From Paragordius varius (lineage: Eukaryota > Animalia > Nematomorpha): a DNA stretch of 64,000 nucleotides. The stretch is taken from positions 1,240,001-1,304,000 of the forward strand of contig OZ176059.1 in NCBI GenBank assembly GCA_964247055.1, in the 5' to 3' direction. Positions within the stretch are counted from its first letter, which is position 1. Every line of letters starts with the position of its first letter. Made by a program: the position numbers and the translations under genes. Of this stretch, positions 60,501-64,000 are shown piece by piece. The notes under the pieces are model-generated. The model worked only from the letters and a program-made list of their open reading frames with translations, was not told where the DNA came from and made no database searches.

Positions 60501-63261
60501 TGTTTATATAAATATTTTTAGTTGCAAAATTTATATATTTAAAAATTTATCCAATATTTCGGCATTTTTGCGTTTATTTTAGAAAACCTCGCCCATATGA
60601 GAAGAGCAAAAAATTTAGGACTTTCGAGTTCTAAAAATTAAATTTTAAAATATATTTACGCTTTTTATATGCAGTTTATAAAAAAATTTAATGATATTTG
60701 GAATAAAGAATTTGGAATTCACCAAAAATGTCGGCAAAATCGCAATTTCTCGATATCCAGCACCTTTACCAAAAGTACTTTTATTACTCTTAAGAGAAAG
60801 AACCATGATAATCTTGAGACATTATTTAGATGTTATCTATTTGATCAGGATATTTTTAATTATCCCCCCGAGGACGCATGCGATTTTTGTTTGGTGGAGC
60901 AATAACCATTTAAATCACTCTCAAAGCCCACACTAAAAACACCATAAAATTTTAAGAATCTACCGGAATGTATATGTTTTATCCGGATATTTTTGTAAAC
61001 TTTCAGTCTGCAATGTGTATATGGGACCTTTGAAATATCAGAATATAACAAATTAGGTCTTTAAACCTCAATTTTAAGCACTGTAGCAGCCTTCGGCCAC
61101 TAACATAATTATTTAATGGATTTTCTCTTTAAGATTTTCATGTGAATTTTGATAAATCTAAAAAGTTCAATATTGTGTTGTTTTATAATTTTGTGATTAT
61201 TACGCACATATTAATTTTCTAGATATAAACCCAATATTAAAACTGAATCAATTACCATAGAAAAATAATTGGGGTAACTAGTGATCCCCATATTTAGATA
61301 TTATAAAAAATATTGAAAATGGCGGTGTCAATTTCATACTTCTATCCTAAAAAATTATATAAATAAGCCAAAACATACAAAAAATTGGTTTCAAAATAAA
61401 ACTTTATATCACTGTCTCGACACTATTTTTATTTAATAAAATTTTTGCTAAATATCTTGTATTTTAATTTTAGCGCTATTAAAATCCCACTTTTAATAAC
61501 CGAAAGATTGGCTTTTGTACATGAATTTTACATCTATCCAATGAACATATCATGTTGGTTAAATTTAAACCTTCAATATATAGATAAAATAATTAATCAA
61601 TATATTTATAATTAAATCTTTCTTATATTTTGGTTCATCAATGTTATATAAGTTGAAAATTTCGTAATAATTTTAACTTAATTGCATATTTTAAAAATAT
61701 TTACATGTTTGGGGTCGCGAATTATAAATAAATTGAAGGCTTAATGTGTTGTACCCAAGTGTTAATAAATTATTTGTATAATCAGTCTTCACATATCTAT
61801 GTTCGTCCCACATGAATAAATATATATTTTTATGGCAAGCCACTTTAACATTCAAACATTGGTAAGTTACATAAAGCGTTATATTTTATAAATCCAATAA
61901 TTTATTATTAAAATTTTTTACTGCATGTTGATCAAAATATTAATGTTGTGTGCACATTTTGACCGACTGCGATTATCAAGTATTTTTTTAAATTATTAAC
62001 CTCTTTAACAATTATATAGGTGACATGTATGTTTCCTTCTTAACATAGTTTATGAAATAAATTTAATTATACAGTTTTTGACCATTATAAATGCTTTCCA
62101 CTTATATTTTATACTGTTTTTTTTTGGTAAAATTCTGCGAAATGTTCTTATTTTCGAGAATTGCTAATTTCTACTACCTATCCTTTTATTTTTATTTGTT
62201 CAAATAAAATCAAATGGCAAGCAAATTTATATTTGTTCGATTTCAATATATTTAGCTAATAAAACGTCCCATATATAATAATTTGTGAAAAAAACATTTC
62301 CTACTTGAAATAAATTTAATTTTTTTTTATAATATAAAATTGATCCCGTTAAATTTTTCAAAAAGTATATTCGGCCTCTATTATACGTGTATAATTAAAA
62401 TACTTAATTGTATTTTATTTACAAAACGAAAACATATTCAAATTTTTATTTTTAGACTCAATTAATTTTGCGACTACCACCTAACTTATTCAATCAAATT
62501 CAATATAAATTGCTTTTATTCAGTACAATATTTACATGATATCCGTATTTAACAAGTAAAAATTTCATTATTTTTGTTTTGTTTAAAATCCGTAGAATGT
62601 GAATCCTTTTAATTTATGATTCTTTTTTTAGTTCACATTTAATCTCTTAGCCTCATTTTGAAATACAAATTGTGAGCTAGTTGAATATTCCATGTCTTGT
62701 AATCTTTATGATTGTAGCATTAGCTATTGAAAGTAACATATATATTTTCAAAGAATTCGTATTTTCATTCTATATTATACGGCTAATCTAAACAGAGTTA
62801 TTAATTTTGCACTTAAAAATTTATGGAGCCATATTTAAATTTGTCCAATTTGTCTTTTTCGGTTTTTAGGCTAAAACAATAAAATCAAGATTTTTTTAAC
62901 ATTTAATGCGTTTATGTTACTCTTATTTTTAAATTGATTTGATAATATATTTTAATCAAGTTAAACATAAGTTTGTGGACCATCTCAATTTTTATCAGAA
63001 GCGTTTGTATTTACGTGTTAATACATTGGGTTTTTTGTTCAATACAATTTAACATTCTTGTCGCTTTTTATTGATTATGGCGGAAATGTGGACAATTATA
63101 TATTTAATCTATATGTCACATGTTGTTTAAATAATTCTGCGTTATTTGAGTTTACCGTTAAAACAAAGAAAGATTCTTACGCTTTAACTATTTTATTTAA
63201 TCTTGGACATATTTTTATTGATACAGTCAATGAATTAAACAATATTTAAAGAAATGACTGT

Positions 63262-63528
63262 TAGGAGTAAAGAACTGAATATTAGTGAAAATAAAAAAAA
63301 ACAAAGGGCCATAAAATAATTATTTTTTACTATTAGTGAAAGAAAAAAAGAAAAGTAAGGGCATTTATTGAGTATGTAATACCATACTACTACGTAATAA
63401 TCTTTCCTTTTTTTTCACTAATATTAAATAATAATTATTATTTAATGGGTATTGTATTGCTTACTCGTGCACCATGGCCCTTTGTTTCTTTTTTTATTTT
63501 CACTAATATTCATTTTCTTACTCCTAAT
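63262..63528. mobile_element. MITE-like inverted repeat element
   Basis: ~52-bp TIRs TTAGGAGTAA...AACAAAGGGCCAT / ATGGCCCTTTGTT...TTACTCCTAA. Confidence 0.7.
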
Positions 63529-64000
63529 ATTAATTTCATTACTACAAATATTTTGTTATTTAATCCACTGTACTTTCGGTTGACGCACTTCTTGTCTAAA
63601 TCATATGAGTAAAAATTTTGTGAAATGTCCAAAATAAAAATTTTTTATATGGTGCGATGACACCAATATATTTTATTTAAACACACAAAGGGTTATTTAC
63701 AATCTATATGTTTTAAAGGGTGATCTCGATATATTATTTTTAACTAAATCCGTACGGTTGGATTATTTTGTAAATAATACTATTATTAATAAAAGTTTAA
63801 CAATATTATAAGCATTGCTAAAATGGGCTAAGTTTCAATAGTTTTTACATTTTAATATATCTCAATTCTGTATATGAAATATTTTAAGAAAATATCCTAA
63901 TTTTTTGGCTACTTTAGATTTATAAACTTGTATAATTGTTACATTTATTATTGTTAAACTTCTCTCGTTTTTTTTCGTTAGAAATGTATTTTAAAGCGAT

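Noticed and set aside
61832-63250. Possible small exons (MASHFNIQTL|GTAAGT at 61832-61861, hydrophobic frames near 62960-63250)
   Set aside because: They could not be joined into a consistent frame with recognisable homology, and such signals arise readily in AT-rich DNA.

Overview
This is a very AT-rich eukaryotic (bilaterian animal) genomic window, not prokaryotic, and the species cannot be determined from the sequence. I assembled spliced genes by hand from GT-AG boundaries and reading-frame continuity. From start to end: (1) the 3' end of a decayed Ty3/gypsy LTR retrotransposon (1-1614); (2) a two-exon Zic C2H2 zinc-finger gene (minus, ~1108 aa) with very large insertions in and after finger 1 and a ~550-aa Asn-rich tail; (3) an 11-exon DNAJA3/Tid1 mitochondrial Hsp40 (plus) with a probable alternative last exon; (4) a two-exon, 68-aa secreted antistasin-type peptide gene (minus) that the ORF track misses; (5) a 16-exon ATAD3 (minus, ~571 aa) head-to-head, with 168 bp between start codons, with (6) a 10-11-exon PMPCA (plus). 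Introns and intergenic DNA are crowded with several MITE families (TA-flanked Tc1/mariner-like, hAT-like with 8-bp TSDs, piggyBac-like, long foldbacks) and (TA)n microsatellites, several of which sit at or next to 3' splice sites. I recognised no rRNA, tRNA or CRISPR. All homology calls come from remembered family motifs, not database searches.
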